From Octopus bimaculoides (Eukaryota), in NCBI RefSeq assembly GCF_001194135.2, contig NC_068995.1, positions 51,369,818 through 51,406,169 of the forward strand: a DNA stretch of 36,352 nucleotides, in the 5' to 3' direction. The notes beneath the pieces are model-generated. The model saw nothing but the letters and a program-made list of their open reading frames with translations. It had not been told where the DNA came from and searched no databases. Positions 34,808 through 36,352 of the stretch are shown here, one piece after another; position 1 is the stretch's first letter, and every line of letters starts with the position of its first letter. Both the position numbers and the translations under genes were made by a program.

Positions 34808-34998
34808 CTGAAAAAGTAGGAAAAAGTACAATTAATAAGGATCTGAATATATATAAATACATTCGGGAACTTTTCTCTGTAGATACTCTTCTATTAAATT
34901 GCTTAATTTGTGTATCACATTAACAAGAAGAAGAAGAAGAACAACAACAATAATAATGGGAAATGCAAAATATTGTGTGATTTTTCTATTTAAACGAA

Positions 34999-35386
34999 TG
35001 TTGTTGTTGGCACTCCGTCGCTTACGGCGTCGAGGGTTCCAGCTGATCCGATCAACGGAACAGCCTGCTCGTGAAATTAACGTACAAGTGGTTGAGCACT
35101 CCACAGACACGTGTACCCTTAACGTAGTTCTCGGGGATATTCAGCGTGACACAGTGTGTGACAAGGCTGACCCTTTGAAACACAGGTACAACAGAAACAT
35201 GAAGAAAGTGTGAGAGAAAGTTGTGGTGAAAGAGTACAGCAGGGTTCGCCACCATCACCTGCCGGAGCCTCGTGGAGCTTTAGGTGTTTTCGCTCAATAA
35301 ACACCCACAACGCCCGGTCTGGGAATCGAAACCGCGATCCTATGACTGCGAGTCCGATGCCTTAACCACTGGGCCATTGCGCCTCC
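34999..35386 (-). mobile_element. Full-length tRNA-derived SINE (family B) with (AAC)n tail
   Basis: Minus strand starts GGAGGCGCAATGGCCCAGTGGTTAAGG...GGTTTCGATTCCC (A/B-box-like); near-identical to the copy at 27783-28049. Confidence 0.88.
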
Positions 35387-36018
35387 GCCATGAATGGTAA
35401 TGGTAATAAAAATGCCAAGGATTGCCATAACAACAATGATAGAAAAAGAAGGGAAGAAGTTTAATCGGAGCTCAATGTAGTTTTAGATACAGTGGGTGAC
35501 AAAAAAAAAAAAAGGGCGCCAACTAAAAAACAACATGATCCCAACAAAAGCTTGATGGCCATTAATGAGACATATTTGAATATACGTCTGCAATGTTAGA
35601 TCTGACCCAGGGTTAAACAAAAGCAATAACAGTAACAGCAACGACAACAACAACAATAGTGATACACATAAGAGGGTACGAATCCATGACCTTCCTTCCG
35701 GGTCCATCACCTCTTATTTATTAACCTTCCGAAAACAAACAATTATTTCTATAACATTTCAAAGCTCTCTTGGAAGTAATGAGACAGTGGATTGTTAAAA
35801 TCGGTTTAAAGAAGAAGAAGAAGAAGAAGAAGAAGAAGAAGAAGAAGAAGAAGAAGAAGAAGAAGAAGAAGAAGAAGAGCAACAACAACAACAACACAGT
35901 ACATATCAAACAGCAAGGAAGGGATAAAAAAAAGGTCCTCTTGCTATGTAGTAATTTGCCGCTTGTTAAAGATCGATGTATTTATAATTGTTAGTTATTT
36001 CTAGTCAGGTTGAAATAC

Positions 36019-36072
36019 CTGCCAGGTGCTGAACCGGTGAAGGTATTCGTTTCCTTTCCGGGACTCTCCCTG
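36019..36072 (-). CDS. Candidate further upstream exon (54 nt, or 51 nt via NAGNAG): QGESRKGNEYLHRFSTWQ
   Basis: Pyrimidine tract then catcag|CAG; donor GGCAG|gtattt; open in phase 0, compatible with the 34807 exon. Could equally be non-coding. Confidence 0.4.
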
Positions 36073-36183
36073 CTGATGTGATTATTGTAAAAAGAAAGGT
36101 GAGACGAGATGACATGGAGGAATGGGGGACAACAGTTGGTGGCTAAATGTCGACAATGGAAGCAAGCGAAGGCGTATATACTG

Positions 36184-36226
<43 letters not shown>

Positions 36227-36352
36227 GCGCACATACACATATATACACACACACACATATACACACGCGCACATACACATATACACACACACACATGAGA
36301 GTAAACTAATACATCTTTTAATTTTACATCGCTTTTGTGCATCATATTTCTG

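Noticed and set aside
479-36345. Dozens of ORF-track entries rich in YIYI, HTHT, CVCV, NNN, III, LLL, KKK or X
   Set aside because: Translations of (AT)n, (CA)n, (TATG)n, (AAT)n, (GAA)n microsatellites or of N-gaps; not genes.

Overview
Eukaryotic, microsatellite- and SINE-rich scaffold with 10 N-gaps (~5.1 kb, ~14%). The repeat content looks like an octopus/coleoid genome (inference, not proven). The main feature is a multi-exon chitin synthase (GT2 family) gene on the minus strand. I could join 12 exons by hand from 30528 to the stop at 16198 with GT-AG sites and consistent phases; two acceptors fall inside N-gaps. Two further 54-nt candidate exons lie upstream at 34754-34807 and 36019-36072. 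The catalytic motifs LDGD, QxFEY, GEDRW, QRRRW and SWGTRE are intact, but the CATMWHET motif reads CATTWHET. Introns and flanks carry many tRNA-derived SINEs, RTE-clade fragments, two tandem R4/Dong-type LINE fragments abutting TAA repeats, and a Mutator-like element with TIRs, a 9-bp TSD and a FLYWCH remnant split by a nested insertion. The left half has a candidate RFX X-box/GC-box promoter and weak candidate exons of unidentified genes on both strands. Two perfect hairpins (20-bp and 31-bp arms) are not explained by these features. No CRISPR, rRNA or true tRNA is seen. I found no convincing evidence of a wholly new biological system. The best leads are the possible myosin-motor-linked or divergent chitin synthase, the unidentified neighbouring gene(s) with the X-box, and the hairpins.
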